Of a stretch of 64,000 bases of DNA, positions 9,780 to 19,684 are shown piece after piece. A program made the position numbers and the translations under genes. Position 1 is the stretch's first letter, and each line of letters starts with the position of its first letter. The notes under the pieces are model-generated. The model had not been told where the DNA came from. It searched no databases and saw only the letters and a list, made by a program, of their open reading frames with translations. This DNA comes from Verrucomicrobiia bacterium (lineage in GTDB: Bacteria; Verrucomicrobiota; Verrucomicrobiia; Limisphaerales; UBA1319): positions 2,016,001-2,080,000 of the forward strand of contig OY760937.1 in assembly GCA_963664225.1 (NCBI GenBank). The letters are read 5' to 3'.

Positions 9780-11141
9780 ATGATGACTTTGTTGCGTTTA
9801 GTTTTGTGCATTCTTGCCGCTGTTGTTTGTAACAGCCCAAGCCTCCTGGCCCAAACGCCCCGGCTCAATGCCATACTCCCGACCACCAACGACGTGACAG
9901 CGCGAAGCGCCAGCCAGCAATTCATCATTCATGGCAAAAAGCTCCTGAATCGTTCCGTGGCGCCCCTGTCCGGCACCGGCGCAAACCTGATCCGCCTGGA
10001 CCCTCCGCTTCTGGCGGTGACTTGCGAACGGGTGAAGACTGGAATTTTGCGGGAACTGGATGCGACGGACCAATGGCAGGGCAAAATCCATGTCACCATT
10101 CAAAACTTTTCGGATCCGCGCCGCCCGATCGATATTCGTACTGAGCATTTCTCCAACGGCTGGCAATACCATGTTTATGTGCCTGAATCGGTGACGCCCG
10201 AACGCCTGATCCGCGGACTTACCGAGGTGGTTTTGCTGGAAATAGCCAACCGCGAAGGGCAGCCCCACATGGCGGAACTGCCCCTCTGGCTTAGTGAAGG
10301 CTTTACAGGGCTGCTGCTCAGCCACGGCGGCGCCGATTTGGTATTGCGCCCCGAATCGCGCACCGCCCGCCGGGAAATGCCCGGCGATCCCAACCGCAGT
10401 GTGAGCGATTACCTGGCCCATCACCCGGCGTTGACCATCACCCAATTGGGCCTGCCCACGCCCGACCTGTTAAATGGCGAATCGTGGCAAACCTACCAAG
10501 CCTCGTCACAATGGCTGGTCATCGAACTCTTGCGGATGCCCGAGGGGCGCGCACGGCTCCGGCTCTTCCTGAGCCTGCTGCCCAGAAACCTGAACTGGCA
10601 ATTGGGATTCCTCACCGCGTTCAACCCGCAATTCAACAGTCTGCTCGATCTCGAAAAATGGTGGGCGATGTGCCTGCTCGATACGCGGGGTCGCGAGCGA
10701 TGGCAGGGTTGGAGCCGCCAGGCAAGCTGGGATAAACTCCACGCCATCATCCACCTGCCCGCCCAGGAAATCCCGAAACCGGGCGCCACAGCCTCCTGGT
10801 CCGAAGTCACGTTACAGCAAGTCATCGAATGGTGGGATTTCCAGAACCAAAAGGCCATCCTGAACAGCGTTTTGCAAAAGCTCCAGATCTTGCGGATGAA
10901 TAGCTCGCCCGAGATTGTGCCTCTGATTCAGGAGTACCAGCAAACCTTGAGCAACTATCTGGAGCAACGGTCCAAAGCGGGTTACGAAGGAGAAGGAAGA
11001 GGTCGGAAAACCTTCAACGCGAACCTCGTCATCAAGAATGTCATCAAGCGCCTCAACGGCCTGGATGCCCAGTTGGAAGCCTTCCGCCAGAATGCCGGCA
11101 CCGCCAATTCAGCCCCCTCCCCCGCGCGCCGTTCCCGTTAA
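9780..11141 (+). CDS. Hypothetical secreted protein
   Basis: Signal peptide; LPLWLSEG resembles gluzincin-like folds but there is no HExxH. Confidence 0.7.
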   Translation: MMTLLRLVLCILAAVVCNSPSLLAQTPRLNAILPTTNDVTARSASQQFIIHGKKLLNRSVAPLSGTGANLIRLDPPLLAVTCERVKTGILRELDATDQWQGKIHVTIQNFSDPRRPIDIRTEHFSNGWQYHVYVPESVTPERLIRGLTEVVLLEIANREGQPHMAELPLWLSEGFTGLLLSHGGADLVLRPESRTARREMPGDPNRSVSDYLAHHPALTITQLGLPTPDLLNGESWQTYQASSQWLVIELLRMPEGRARLRLFLSLLPRNLNWQLGFLTAFNPQFNSLLDLEKWWAMCLLDTRGRERWQGWSRQASWDKLHAIIHLPAQEIPKPGATASWSEVTLQQVIEWWDFQNQKAILNSVLQKLQILRMNSSPEIVPLIQEYQQTLSNYLEQRSKAGYEGEGRGRKTFNANLVIKNVIKRLNGLDAQLEAFRQNAGTANSAPSPARRSR

Positions 11142-11456
11142 ACGCGCGCTCCAATCCATGGCTCGATGGCGAATCCAGAGCCACAGGATTCGCGCATCAA
11201 AATAAAGGGCTTAAGTATTTCCAAGAAAATGCCGATGGAATAACTGTCCGAAATGGTGGGCAGCAATCCGATCATCCCGGACGGGATGGGACCGGGGAAA
11301 GTTTGAGATTTGCCGGCTGCAATATCCTCGTACAGGCAGGTACATCGTATCCGTCAGGCGAAGTGGCAATAGGCAATGTGGGGCTGGCCTGATTAGATTG
11401 GCGGCGTGAAAGGCGAATATGGCAACTTTCAGAAGTCACCCGCAACAAGGCATCGG

Positions 11457-13106
11457 TTACTTGGGCAACTGTGCGAGCGCTTCGGGATGTGCCTTGGCCC
11501 AGGCTTTTGGGGTAATGGTTGGCACCTCACTTTGCTGCATGTTGGGGAGGCGGCTGAGCACATCACGCAAATAGAGGGCCGGATTGATTTTATGGCGATG
11601 ACAACTGCCCAGGATCGAGTAGATCACGGCGCTTCGCCAGCCCGCCTCGGGATGGCCAATGAACAGGAAGTTCTTTTTCCCAATGGCCGTGGGCCGAATT
11701 ATGTTCTCGATCGGATTATTATCAATCGCCACCTCCCCGAACTGGGCATATTGATTCAACTCTGTCCACAAACCCCTGGCATAATGGATGGCCTTGCCCA
11801 GAAGGCTTTGGGGCAAAATCTTGGGCTCGATTTTCTCCAGCGCCCTTCCAATGCGCGCGAGCACGGGCTTGGCCTCCGCAGCCCGCACGGCTTCCCGCAG
11901 GTTGGGCCCGGCCTTCTGCTGGCTCAGACGTCGTTCAATCTCATAGAGCAGGCTGATTTGCTTCAAAAACCAGGCCGCGTGCCGGTCATGATCCTTGGCC
12001 TTATGGAAATATCGCCGGCAATGGGCCCAGCAACCGATCAGGGTCCAATCCTCCCGTTCCCTAGCCAAAGATTGATAGACGCCATAGCCATCGCATTGGA
12101 GCTTGCCCTTGAAAGTCTCCAGAAACGCCTTGGGTCCTTCCCGGCCCCGGCTGGTCTTCCACTCGAAAATCACATCTCCGCCTGGCTGGCCATACACCCA
12201 GAAGTATCCCGTGCAACTGCGCCCGGGCACTTCCCGGTCCAGATATTGAATGGGGGTCTCGTCGGCTTGAAGATATTTGGCGGCGCGCAGTCCAGCGGCC
12301 ATCTCGCGATAGACCGGCAGGAACCAATCGGCCAGGCGTTCGGTCCAATCGACCATTGTCTGCCGGGCGATGGGCACCCTGTGTCGTTCCCGGAAGATCT
12401 TTTCCAGCCGGTAAAAGGGCAGATGATCTTCAAAGCGGCTCAAAATCAAGTGGACCAGCAAGCCCACTCCCGGCAGTCCTTTTTCGATCAGCCGGTTGGG
12501 CAGCTCCGCGATCAGAACCTCCCTGACCTCGGGCAACGAGGTCATTGCCAGGGCCAACGCCAGCGGCGGCAGCTTGCCTTCCGGTGTCGTGAGCGAAATT
12601 TCGGGGGCCGGGGCCGCCGCAGTCCGACGCACAAACTTTGGCCGCGTAATTTCCCTCCAGAAAAACCGGCCCGGCTCATAGTCCAATTCCCGTGTGATCA
12701 GCTGGTCAATCTGGCGGAACTGGTCCGGGTTGGCTTTCACCTCGTCGGGCAGCAGCACCACCTTTTCAATGGGCAGATTCTCCGGAATCCCCGAACGGGC
12801 CGGTTTGCGATTTGTCGTGGCTTTGGAAGCCGGGGCGGATTGGACCGGGGTGGCCGCAACCGGGGCGGAGGTTCCTGCCAGTCCGCTCAAGAGCAGAAGC
12901 AGTTGGTTGGGATCGAGGGTCTCGTTTTTGGGTGAACCAAAATACTGGCGGATCAGGGCATCGATTTTCTGGCGCAGGAGCTTGTTCTCGCTGGACAGAG
13001 ACTGCACCTGACTTTCGAGCTGACCAACGGCCTGGAGGACGACACCGCGGAAGGACTCGGGCATCTGAGCCAGAAGTTCGGGAGTCAGTGACGGTGCTGG
13101 ATTCAT
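11457..13106 (-). CDS. tnpC: IS66 transposase TnpC
   Basis: DHLPFYR, ADETP, CDGY, CWAHCRRYF, IDNNPIENIIRP..GKKNFLF. Confidence 0.95.
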   Translation of the reverse strand: MNPAPSLTPELLAQMPESFRGVVLQAVGQLESQVQSLSSENKLLRQKIDALIRQYFGSPKNETLDPNQLLLLLSGLAGTSAPVAATPVQSAPASKATTNRKPARSGIPENLPIEKVVLLPDEVKANPDQFRQIDQLITRELDYEPGRFFWREITRPKFVRRTAAAPAPEISLTTPEGKLPPLALALAMTSLPEVREVLIAELPNRLIEKGLPGVGLLVHLILSRFEDHLPFYRLEKIFRERHRVPIARQTMVDWTERLADWFLPVYREMAAGLRAAKYLQADETPIQYLDREVPGRSCTGYFWVYGQPGGDVIFEWKTSRGREGPKAFLETFKGKLQCDGYGVYQSLAREREDWTLIGCWAHCRRYFHKAKDHDRHAAWFLKQISLLYEIERRLSQQKAGPNLREAVRAAEAKPVLARIGRALEKIEPKILPQSLLGKAIHYARGLWTELNQYAQFGEVAIDNNPIENIIRPTAIGKKNFLFIGHPEAGWRSAVIYSILGSCHRHKINPALYLRDVLSRLPNMQQSEVPTITPKAWAKAHPEALAQLPK

Positions 13107-13172
13107 TGTTATTACTCATAACAATATAAATTATTATGTCAATAGTTATACGCAATTTATTTTAAGAATCTT

Positions 13173-13508
13173 TCAGTTTCGCCGCCAGTCTTTGCGTGCG
13201 CGGATCTCCAATCCGTTGACTAACGCGCTGAGTTCCTCGGCGCGCAAGTTTGCCTGCAATCCCTCCCCTTGTGGCCAGGTAAATCGACCCCGCTCCAAAC
13301 GTTTTGTGCTGACCCAAAGTCCGCTGCCGTCCCAGTAAAGGGCCTTGAGACGGTTCCGGTGTTTGTTGGTGAACAAAAAAAGATGGCCCGAGAGAGGATC
13401 CTGACGCAAGGACTCCTGGACCCAGGCACACAGCCCGTTAAAGGACTGGCGCAAGTCCATCGGAGCCAGGGCAACGAAGATACGTGTGGCGGCAGTGGGC
13501 GTGATCAT
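13173..13508 (-). CDS. tnpB: IS66 accessory protein TnpB
   Basis: DLRQSFNGL...LFLFTNK.RNRLKALYWDGSG...KRLERGRFTWP; ATGA overlap with tnpA. Confidence 0.93.
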   Translation of the reverse strand: MITPTAATRIFVALAPMDLRQSFNGLCAWVQESLRQDPLSGHLFLFTNKHRNRLKALYWDGSGLWVSTKRLERGRFTWPQGEGLQANLRAEELSALVNGLEIRARKDWRRN

Positions 13509-13852
13509 GAACGCGCCCCAAGCCAGGGTTGCAAAAGTCGGTCGGCCAGGTCCCCAGTCAGGCGCACCGCGGTCCCGTCGGCAAAGGTGATTTCCGCAGC
13601 CCAAGGCGAATTTCCCAGCAGGGAAGCCAGAGGGACTTCCTGCAGGCGTGGCAGTGCGGGTGGTTCCACGGCGGTGGGCACCGGGTCTCTGAGCCACCTC
13701 CCCAATGTGGACAATCCGATGCCATACTCAGAAGCAAAGGCGCGCCGCGTCAATCCACTCTGGTGATAGCGAAGGATCCATTGGGCACGTTGTTCACATG
13801 TGGTTTGCGGAAATCGATTTGAGGATGCAGTTCGGTGCTTCACGCCCCCCAT
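13505..13852 (-). CDS. tnpA: IS66 accessory protein TnpA (HTH)
   Basis: SGLTRRAFASEYGIGLSTLGRW HTH; first gene in the element. Confidence 0.85.
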   Translation of the reverse strand: MGGVKHRTASSNRFPQTTCEQRAQWILRYHQSGLTRRAFASEYGIGLSTLGRWLRDPVPTAVEPPALPRLQEVPLASLLGNSPWAAEITFADGTAVRLTGDLADRLLQPWLGARS

Positions 13853-13997
13853 TTAACCACTTCAGCCCGGCCATTGCCTATAGCCACTTCGCCTGACGGA
13901 TACGGTACATCGATGTTGACGCAGGCGGTTTGACCTCGCCATTGGCATTAAACGGTTTTGTAAAGTTACAGACGTTGCCGGTGACAGGTTGGATCAA

Positions 13998-14025
13998 CTC
14001 GGGCGGCGCTTTGGCGCCGCCCGAG
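13998..14025. terminator. GC-rich hairpin downstream of pyrF
   Basis: Perfect 12-bp stem CTCGGGCGGCGC/GCGCCGCCCGAG with 4-nt loop; no clear U tract. Confidence 0.5.
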
Positions 14026-14041
14026 CCATTGCCCGTATCGA

Positions 14042-14755
14042 TCAGGCCATTTTTTGGATTTGGGCCAGGATATTCTCGGCGGCGGCGCGTGGATTTTCCG
14101 CCGCGCAAATCGGACGTCCGATCACCAGCCAGGTGGCCCCCGCTTCAACAGCTTCTTTCGGTCCCAAAGTGCGTTTTTGATCGTTGGCGGCGTCCGTGGT
14201 GGCGCGTATGCCGGGCGTCACAAGGGCCATTTTTTCAGGAATCACCCGGCGCAAGGCGCGAATTTCCAGGGGCGAACAGACCAGGCCGCGCAATCCCGCA
14301 TCCACCGCCAGCCCGGCCAGGCGCTCCACCTGTTTCTCCACAGTTAGTGAAAAACCGATGCGGTTCAATTCGGCTCCGTCCAGGCTGGTCAACACGGTGA
14401 CACCCAACACAATCGGGGCCGGCTTTTTCAATTCAGCCGCCGCTTCCTGCGCTGCGCGCTCCGCCGCCTGCAACATCGCAAGACCCCCGGAAGTATGGAT
14501 GGTGAGCATTTGCACGTCCATCTGCACCGCAGCGCGGACGCCCTTCGCCACGGTATTGGGGATGTCATGGAATTTGAGATCCAGAAACACCGGCGCGCCC
14601 AGTTCGCGGATGCGCCGCACGATGTCCGGTCCCGCCGTCGTAAACAGTTCGTTGCCGATTTTAAAGCAGCCGACCGCCGGAGCCAACTCCCGCGCCAGCT
14701 TCAACGCAGCCCCGGGTTCCGACACGTCCAGAGCGACAATGATAGGATTCCGCAT
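14042..14755 (-). CDS. pyrF: Orotidine-5'-phosphate decarboxylase
   Basis: IVALD, FLDLKFHDIPNTV, VTVLTS, TPGIR, DQKR, IGRPI. Confidence 0.96.
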   Translation of the reverse strand: MRNPIIVALDVSEPGAALKLARELAPAVGCFKIGNELFTTAGPDIVRRIRELGAPVFLDLKFHDIPNTVAKGVRAAVQMDVQMLTIHTSGGLAMLQAAERAAQEAAAELKKPAPIVLGVTVLTSLDGAELNRIGFSLTVEKQVERLAGLAVDAGLRGLVCSPLEIRALRRVIPEKMALVTPGIRATTDAANDQKRTLGPKEAVEAGATWLVIGRPICAAENPRAAAENILAQIQKMA

Positions 14756-14884
14756 GACAACGAGCCTAACGAATTGGGACGAAATGTCAGCAGAAACCAA
14801 CCACCGGTTTGTGGGAAGCAACCCGCTTCTCCAGTTTAACCTGTCTCACCTTATGGAGGAGGCACGAAATCGCACCTTGCGCCT

Positions 14885-15418
14885 TCATCTCTCATTTGGC
14901 CTCGTCGATTTGGCCGAGACACTCCAGCTTGCTGCAAAGATAATAATCGCCGTTGCAATCCAGATTGGGTGCGCGGTTGCAGCAATGAAAGGAATGTCGG
15001 TCATTCCTTCCCGGTCCAGAGTTCTGTTCATGATGGCGCTGACAGTCTGAGGCAGCAGTAAAAACCCCAGCCATCCAATCGGAAACAATAGACCCTGCAT
15101 TGCGAAGAACCACCGGATCCGGGCCAATCCCGGGCCGTCCACTCTGATAATCAACCAGGCTCCCAATCCGTGCATAATCAAAAGAAGTCCGCTATAGGCG
15201 TAGGAAGGCGCCAGTAGTTTGTCGAAGCGGAAATGTGAAAGAATGATCCGGTAATGCTCAGCCGATAGATGGTCGTTGAATCCCATGGTCCGTCCGGCAC
15301 TGTCCGTCGTCTCCGAAGGGGTATTGTGGATGCCAACGTCAGCGATGATTACAAAAGTGCATAGCAAAAAACTGACAATTATGAGAGCCAGAGCCGCTTT
15401 CCTTAGATATCGCTTCAT
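14885..15418 (-). CDS. Hypothetical membrane protein
   Basis: 177-aa ORF with about 4 TM segments; GGGAG upstream. Confidence 0.7.
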   Translation of the reverse strand: MKRYLRKAALALIIVSFLLCTFVIIADVGIHNTPSETTDSAGRTMGFNDHLSAEHYRIILSHFRFDKLLAPSYAYSGLLLIMHGLGAWLIIRVDGPGLARIRWFFAMQGLLFPIGWLGFLLLPQTVSAIMNRTLDREGMTDIPFIAATAHPIWIATAIIIFAASWSVSAKSTRPNER

Positions 15419-15571
15419 ATGTTAACTCCCTGCTGACGATTTGGAGGAAGGGGTGCGGCATAACCCGCATCCCGAACCTTTATTTATTGTAACCGTCCCG
15501 CCATTTATACCTTCAAGCGCCGCTCGTTGCCGCGGATGGTGGGATCGCACTTCCTGGCCAGCTTCTTCTGT

Positions 15572-15988
15572 TCAGTGGTCATGACCGCCATAAATCCACA
15601 TGGGCTCGGTCTTGCCCGCGCGCTCAAATCCGCACTTGCGATAGAAATCCAGAGCGCGTCCGTCGGCCAGAAGTATGTGCTGGTGAAATCCCTCGTATCG
15701 CGCCAAGAGCCGCCGCATAAGCTCCGCGCCAATGCCGCGCCTCTGATACTCCGGCAGCACCAGCAAGTGCGGGTAGTAAACCACCAGACAACCATCCGAA
15801 ATGGCATTGCCAAGTCCGACAAGCTTCGCCCCATCCCAAGCCGTGACTAAGGAGTGAGACGCCAGCAGCGCCTTATGCAGCAACTCCGGCTTCTCTGCGG
15901 AGGACCACTCGTTCGCACGATAAAGAGCCAGAATGCCCTCCAGTGCCAACTCCCGCCCGTCGCTGTAACGAATGCCGTTGGATTTCAT
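15572..15988 (-). CDS. GNAT family N-acetyltransferase
   Basis: VLPEYQRRGIGAELM acetyl-CoA motif A; FYRKCGF. Confidence 0.92.
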   Translation of the reverse strand: MKSNGIRYSDGRELALEGILALYRANEWSSAEKPELLHKALLASHSLVTAWDGAKLVGLGNAISDGCLVVYYPHLLVLPEYQRRGIGAELMRRLLARYEGFHQHILLADGRALDFYRKCGFERAGKTEPMWIYGGHDH

Positions 15989-16137
15989 GAGTGTGATTCG
16001 GTATTTGTGTCGTGCATTGCGATGAAATCTGCCTTCTGAATGGCATCGACATCAGCATCCAAGTCCTCCTCGCGACGTGGCTGCTGAAAGGCACCAAACG
16101 CGTCCTCAATAATCGCCTGGATTTGCGCCCTGTTCAT
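15985..16137 (-). CDS. Small hypothetical protein or gene remnant (50 aa)
   Basis: MNRAQIQAIIEDAFGAFQQPRREED...; GAGG upstream; ATGA coupling to the GNAT gene. Confidence 0.35.
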   Translation of the reverse strand: MNRAQIQAIIEDAFGAFQQPRREEDLDADVDAIQKADFIAMHDTNTESHS

Positions 16138-16176
16138 TCTGATAACTTTTTGCTTTCCTCAAACACGTCCTATTTA

Positions 16177-18151
16177 GTAGAGTAGGCGAAATGGACGGAT
16201 TGAATGGCCGTGGCCAATGACCGTCGCATTTCGCCCCTCATCGAACCGGACAGGCGGTTTTCCCGCATCCGGCTCTCCGGGGATCATACGTTGCATCGCT
16301 TCGACGTCATCGTTTCCATGCCGCATATTCCGGCATTTGGTATAAACCATAACGCTCATAGAGATCCTCCTTGGGGTATGTGGACCATTGCGCCCGACTA
16401 CATCCGTGTTTGCGCCACAACCATCGTTGTAACTTGCTGCTGACGTATTCGTTCATCTGGCCCATCACCTTGGTGCTGTTCCCGTAGTGAAAGTAACCCT
16501 TCCAACCTTTGAGTTTCTTGTTGAGCTCGGGAATCACCTCTCCGATATCACGCCATAGCGTGCTTCGGTTGAGTTTCTCCCGAATCCCGTCTCGAAACTT
16601 CTTCTGGCTCTTGGGATGGGGTTCCACATGCGGATATTTCCATTTCCCCTTCCCCTGTCGCATTGTTAGCGCGAATCCCAAGAATTTGATGCCATCCTGG
16701 CGGAGGTCCACCAAGCGGGTCTTCTTCTCGTTGAGCACTAACTCGCGTTGCTTCAGCCATCGTTCCAGTCGTTCCATCAGTTCCCGTCCCTGCCCCGGCT
16801 GTCCGAGTATCACGAAATCATCCGCGTATCTCACCATCACGGGTTTGAGTTCGCAGCGTTCGTTGACTTCCCAATCCAACTGGTTGAGGTATGCATTGGC
16901 TAAAATCGGCGATACAACCCCGCCTTGCGGAGTCCCCCGTCGATTCTGACCTTGCCCCCCCTTTGTCCCGCCTTTCCCTGTGTCGCTTTGCGGTTCATTC
17001 ACGGGCGCGCGCAGCCATCCTGCGATCAGCTTGAGAATTGTTCCATCGCTGACCCGCTTGGCCACTATGCGCAACAAACGCCTGTGGGGAATGCTGTCAA
17101 AATACCCGCTTAAGTCCGCGTCTATAACTTCGACGCGTCCTGTCAGCGTAGCCTTCTTGATCGCCTCCATTGCTTGGTGGGCATTGCGTTTGGGATGATA
17201 GGCGTAACTGTTCGGATGACTATCGGCTTCCAGAATCGGCAGCAATACAATCACCACCGCTGTCTGCACCACCCGGTCTTTCACTGTCGGGATGCCCAGG
17301 GGTCGCAGCTTCCCGTCTCCTTTTGGTATATACACACGCTTCACCGGGCTTGGCCGATACTTCTTCGTGCGTAACTCCTCCAGCAGTTGGTTCCGCCATT
17401 GGTCCCAGGCTTCGTCGCTGGCAAGATAGACGTCGCATGTCTGCCCGTCGATCCCAGCCGCGCCATTGTTGTGCGCCACGGAGGCCATTGCCGTTTCCAG
17501 CACGTCCTTCCGCAGCAGTTCTCCGTAGAGGCTGTAAAACCGATACTTCGGCTCAGCCTTGGCTTTGCAATATAGCGCTCGCTGCAGCTTTTGAACTTTT
17601 ATCGGGGTTGTTATCCGTTGAAAAAGTGTTTCCACTCCCTCAAGGCCATCTCCCTGTCCCTCGCTGTTTTGATTCGCTTCGATCCAAGTGCCTTCCCTTG
17701 GCTCCGCCGGGGTTTTGGTCGCCCCAGCTTCTTCGCTACTATGGAAGACTCCGACTTCTCTGGCTGCCCGTGCGGCCTCGGAGGGTGTTCCTCCTTGCAC
17801 CGGCGGTTGAGGCTTTATCGCCCCGCCTCCAGAGATCTCCCAGCTTACCTTGGTTTCCCTTCCTGTCGTGTCGCCCTCGCTGACTCCGCCGGAATCAACA
17901 GCGCCCATTTGACGATTTGATGACGCCGCGTTTCTGCCTTCGCCGTTCGGGTAGCGGCTCGGCTTACCGGTTATTTCGGTTTCGGAGCTCATTTGATGAG
18001 GTTTACTTTCGTTACGACCCGACAGTTCTTTCAGCGTCCCGCTTGTGGTTCGGCCTCACGGCCTCGTCCCGGACGCTGCATTTCGGTCGTGAACCGTCTA
18101 ATTCGACCGGCGGGACTTTCACCCACGAGGCTACCAATTTCACTGGCGCAC
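16177..18151 (-). mobile_element. Group II intron, copy 1 (1975 nt)
   Basis: 5' GTGCG at 18151; domain V GAGCCGGATGCGGGAAAACCGCCTGTCCGGTTC at about 16243-16275; 3' end CCTACTCTAC at 16177; EBS1 17946-17952 and EBS2 17982-17987 pair with the 5' exon; second copy confirms the boundaries. Confidence 0.95.
16307..17635 (-). CDS. ltrA: Group II intron reverse transcriptase/maturase without endonuclease domain
   Basis: RPLGIPTVKDR, DADLSGYFDSIPH, GTPQGGVVSPILAN, RYADDF, X domain GWKGYF. Start uncertain: frame is open to 17992, GTG 17635 chosen. Confidence 0.93.
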   Translation of the reverse strand: METLFQRITTPIKVQKLQRALYCKAKAEPKYRFYSLYGELLRKDVLETAMASVAHNNGAAGIDGQTCDVYLASDEAWDQWRNQLLEELRTKKYRPSPVKRVYIPKGDGKLRPLGIPTVKDRVVQTAVVIVLLPILEADSHPNSYAYHPKRNAHQAMEAIKKATLTGRVEVIDADLSGYFDSIPHRRLLRIVAKRVSDGTILKLIAGWLRAPVNEPQSDTGKGGTKGGQGQNRRGTPQGGVVSPILANAYLNQLDWEVNERCELKPVMVRYADDFVILGQPGQGRELMERLERWLKQRELVLNEKKTRLVDLRQDGIKFLGFALTMRQGKGKWKYPHVEPHPKSQKKFRDGIREKLNRSTLWRDIGEVIPELNKKLKGWKGYFHYGNSTKVMGQMNEYVSSKLQRWLWRKHGCSRAQWSTYPKEDLYERYGLYQMPEYAAWKR

Positions 18152-18152
18152 A

Positions 18153-19684
18153 CCCGAACTCCGAGATAGAAAAAGAGGTCGCAATGCGCAACCTTCTGAG
18201 GCAATAGGGTTTGATGCTAAACAAGCCCGCTTCAGACTCGCACAAAACGACCCCAGTCGAAATTAGCGCTCTTTTCGGCCAAGCCAAGCTCTATCTGGAT
18301 GAGACTCCCAAGGCCATAACCCCCTTCGGCGGTCTGGCTTCATTCATAACCTTTTTGGGTCAGATCGGCTATGCGCAGGCGGTGCAGCGGTGCTTGCCGT
18401 TTGCCGCGCCCACTTCACCTAATGCCATTCCTCTAGCCCATACGCTGACCAGTTTTATCGTATCTGTGGTGGCGGGAGCACGCCGCTTTGCCCACTGTCA
18501 GTGGCTGCGTGCCGATCATGTTCTGCACGCCATGCTGGGGATGGAACGTTTCCCGGGCGATGACACCATCCGCAACTTCTTCCTGCACTTTGGCCAGGGC
18601 CACATCGAAGCGTTCTGGCGACCGCTCTGGCGATGGCTGCTCAATCTGCTGGCCTGCCCCAAGGCAGGCTTCTCGTTGGATCTGGATTCGACCGTGTTCT
18701 GCCGGGAGGGTTCGCAGGAGGGGGCTGCCAAGGGGTACAATCCACGCCGCAAGGGGCGCAAGAGCCATCATCCGCTCCTGGCGGTGCTGGCCGAAGCGCC
18801 GTTTATCCTGCATGGATGGTTGCGCAGCGGCAACACCGGAGCCGCGCGCGGGGTGGTGCCGTTTTTGCAGGAGGCATTGGCCCTGTTGCCCGAGGGAACG
18901 TGGATTCGGTGCGTGCGTGCCGACAGCGGGTTCTTCGATGAGGCGTTAGTGACGTTTTTGGAAATGCGCAAATTAACCTACATTGTGGTGGCGCGCATGA
19001 CCTCCACGATCAAATACCATTGCGTGGGAATCCAGAACTGGAAAGCCATCGATGAAAATCATGCCGTGGGGGAGTTTAGAGCCCAACTCTTTGGCTGGTC
19101 CACTGCCCGGCGATTCGTGGTGCTGCGGGAGCGGATCAGGGAAGACAAGGAGGCTCTGGGTCGCAAGCTCATTGATGTGCCCGGTTACACCTTTCGAGTG
19201 TGCGTCACCAACCGAAGTGAAGGCGCGCTGGAACTGTGGAGGGACTACAACGGAAGGGCCACCATCGAGCAGCGGATCGAGGAGCTGAAGAATGATCTGG
19301 CTGCCAACGGTTTTTGCCTGAAATCGTTTTTCGCCACCGAGTCGGCGTTTCTGGCGGTGCTCTTCACATTCAACCTGCTGAGTCTTTACCAGCATCAGAC
19401 CACTCCAACCCAGCCATACCGCCAGCCAGGAACATTGCGGACGACGGTTTTTCTGGCGGGAGCCCTCTTGGGAACGATGGGGCGTGATGTGGTGGTGAGG
19501 CTCTCGGCGGCCTGGGGTGGACTGGCTAAACACAAGCCGTTGATAGAAACCACGTTGAACTGGTTGAAAAGCGCGTCGCCGAAGTTGGTGCCACCGGAAG
19601 CCCGGCAAGCTTTCGGAGGGGGCGGAATATGACCGGAGGGGTTAGCGGTTCCCTAAAAAAACCGACCTAACTTCGGAGTTCGGG
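18153..19684 (+). mobile_element. Complete IS1380-family insertion sequence (1532 bp)
   Basis: 12-bp perfect IRs CCCGAACTCCGA; TSD TTTAA at 19685-19689 and, on the left, split by the intron (16173-16176 + 18152). Confidence 0.93.
18211..19632 (+). CDS. IS1380-family DDE transposase
   Basis: TPFGGL, LDLDST, GYNP..G..SHHPL, RADSGFF, YNGRATIEQRIEELK. Confidence 0.93.
   Translation: MMLNKPASDSHKTTPVEISALFGQAKLYLDETPKAITPFGGLASFITFLGQIGYAQAVQRCLPFAAPTSPNAIPLAHTLTSFIVSVVAGARRFAHCQWLRADHVLHAMLGMERFPGDDTIRNFFLHFGQGHIEAFWRPLWRWLLNLLACPKAGFSLDLDSTVFCREGSQEGAAKGYNPRRKGRKSHHPLLAVLAEAPFILHGWLRSGNTGAARGVVPFLQEALALLPEGTWIRCVRADSGFFDEALVTFLEMRKLTYIVVARMTSTIKYHCVGIQNWKAIDENHAVGEFRAQLFGWSTARRFVVLRERIREDKEALGRKLIDVPGYTFRVCVTNRSEGALELWRDYNGRATIEQRIEELKNDLAANGFCLKSFFATESAFLAVLFTFNLLSLYQHQTTPTQPYRQPGTLRTTVFLAGALLGTMGRDVVVRLSAAWGGLAKHKPLIETTLNWLKSASPKLVPPEARQAFGGGGI

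Larger units (their letters stand above)
11347..13903 (-). mobile_element. Complete IS66-family insertion sequence (2557 bp)
   Basis: 32-bp IRs GTATCCGTCAGGCGAAGTGGC(A/T)ATAGGCAATG with 1 mismatch; 8-bp TSD GGTACATC at 11339-11346 and 13904-13911; tnpA-tnpB-tnpC order. Confidence 0.96.

Noticed and set aside
11138..13943. About 79-codon minus-strand ORF restored by removing IS66 (possible disrupted gene)
   Set aside because: No recognisable motif or RBS; the length is compatible with chance, so the insertion is treated as intergenic
16307..17992. RT as retron, DGR or defence RT
   Set aside because: Has a maturase X domain, intron domains V/VI and GTGCG...AC ends; no template/variable repeat pair or msr-msd seen
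17636..17992. 119-aa N-terminal extension of the intron RT predicted by the ORF track (also 48921-49277)
   Set aside because: Overlaps ribozyme domain I including EBS1/EBS2 and lacks RT features; probably untranslated
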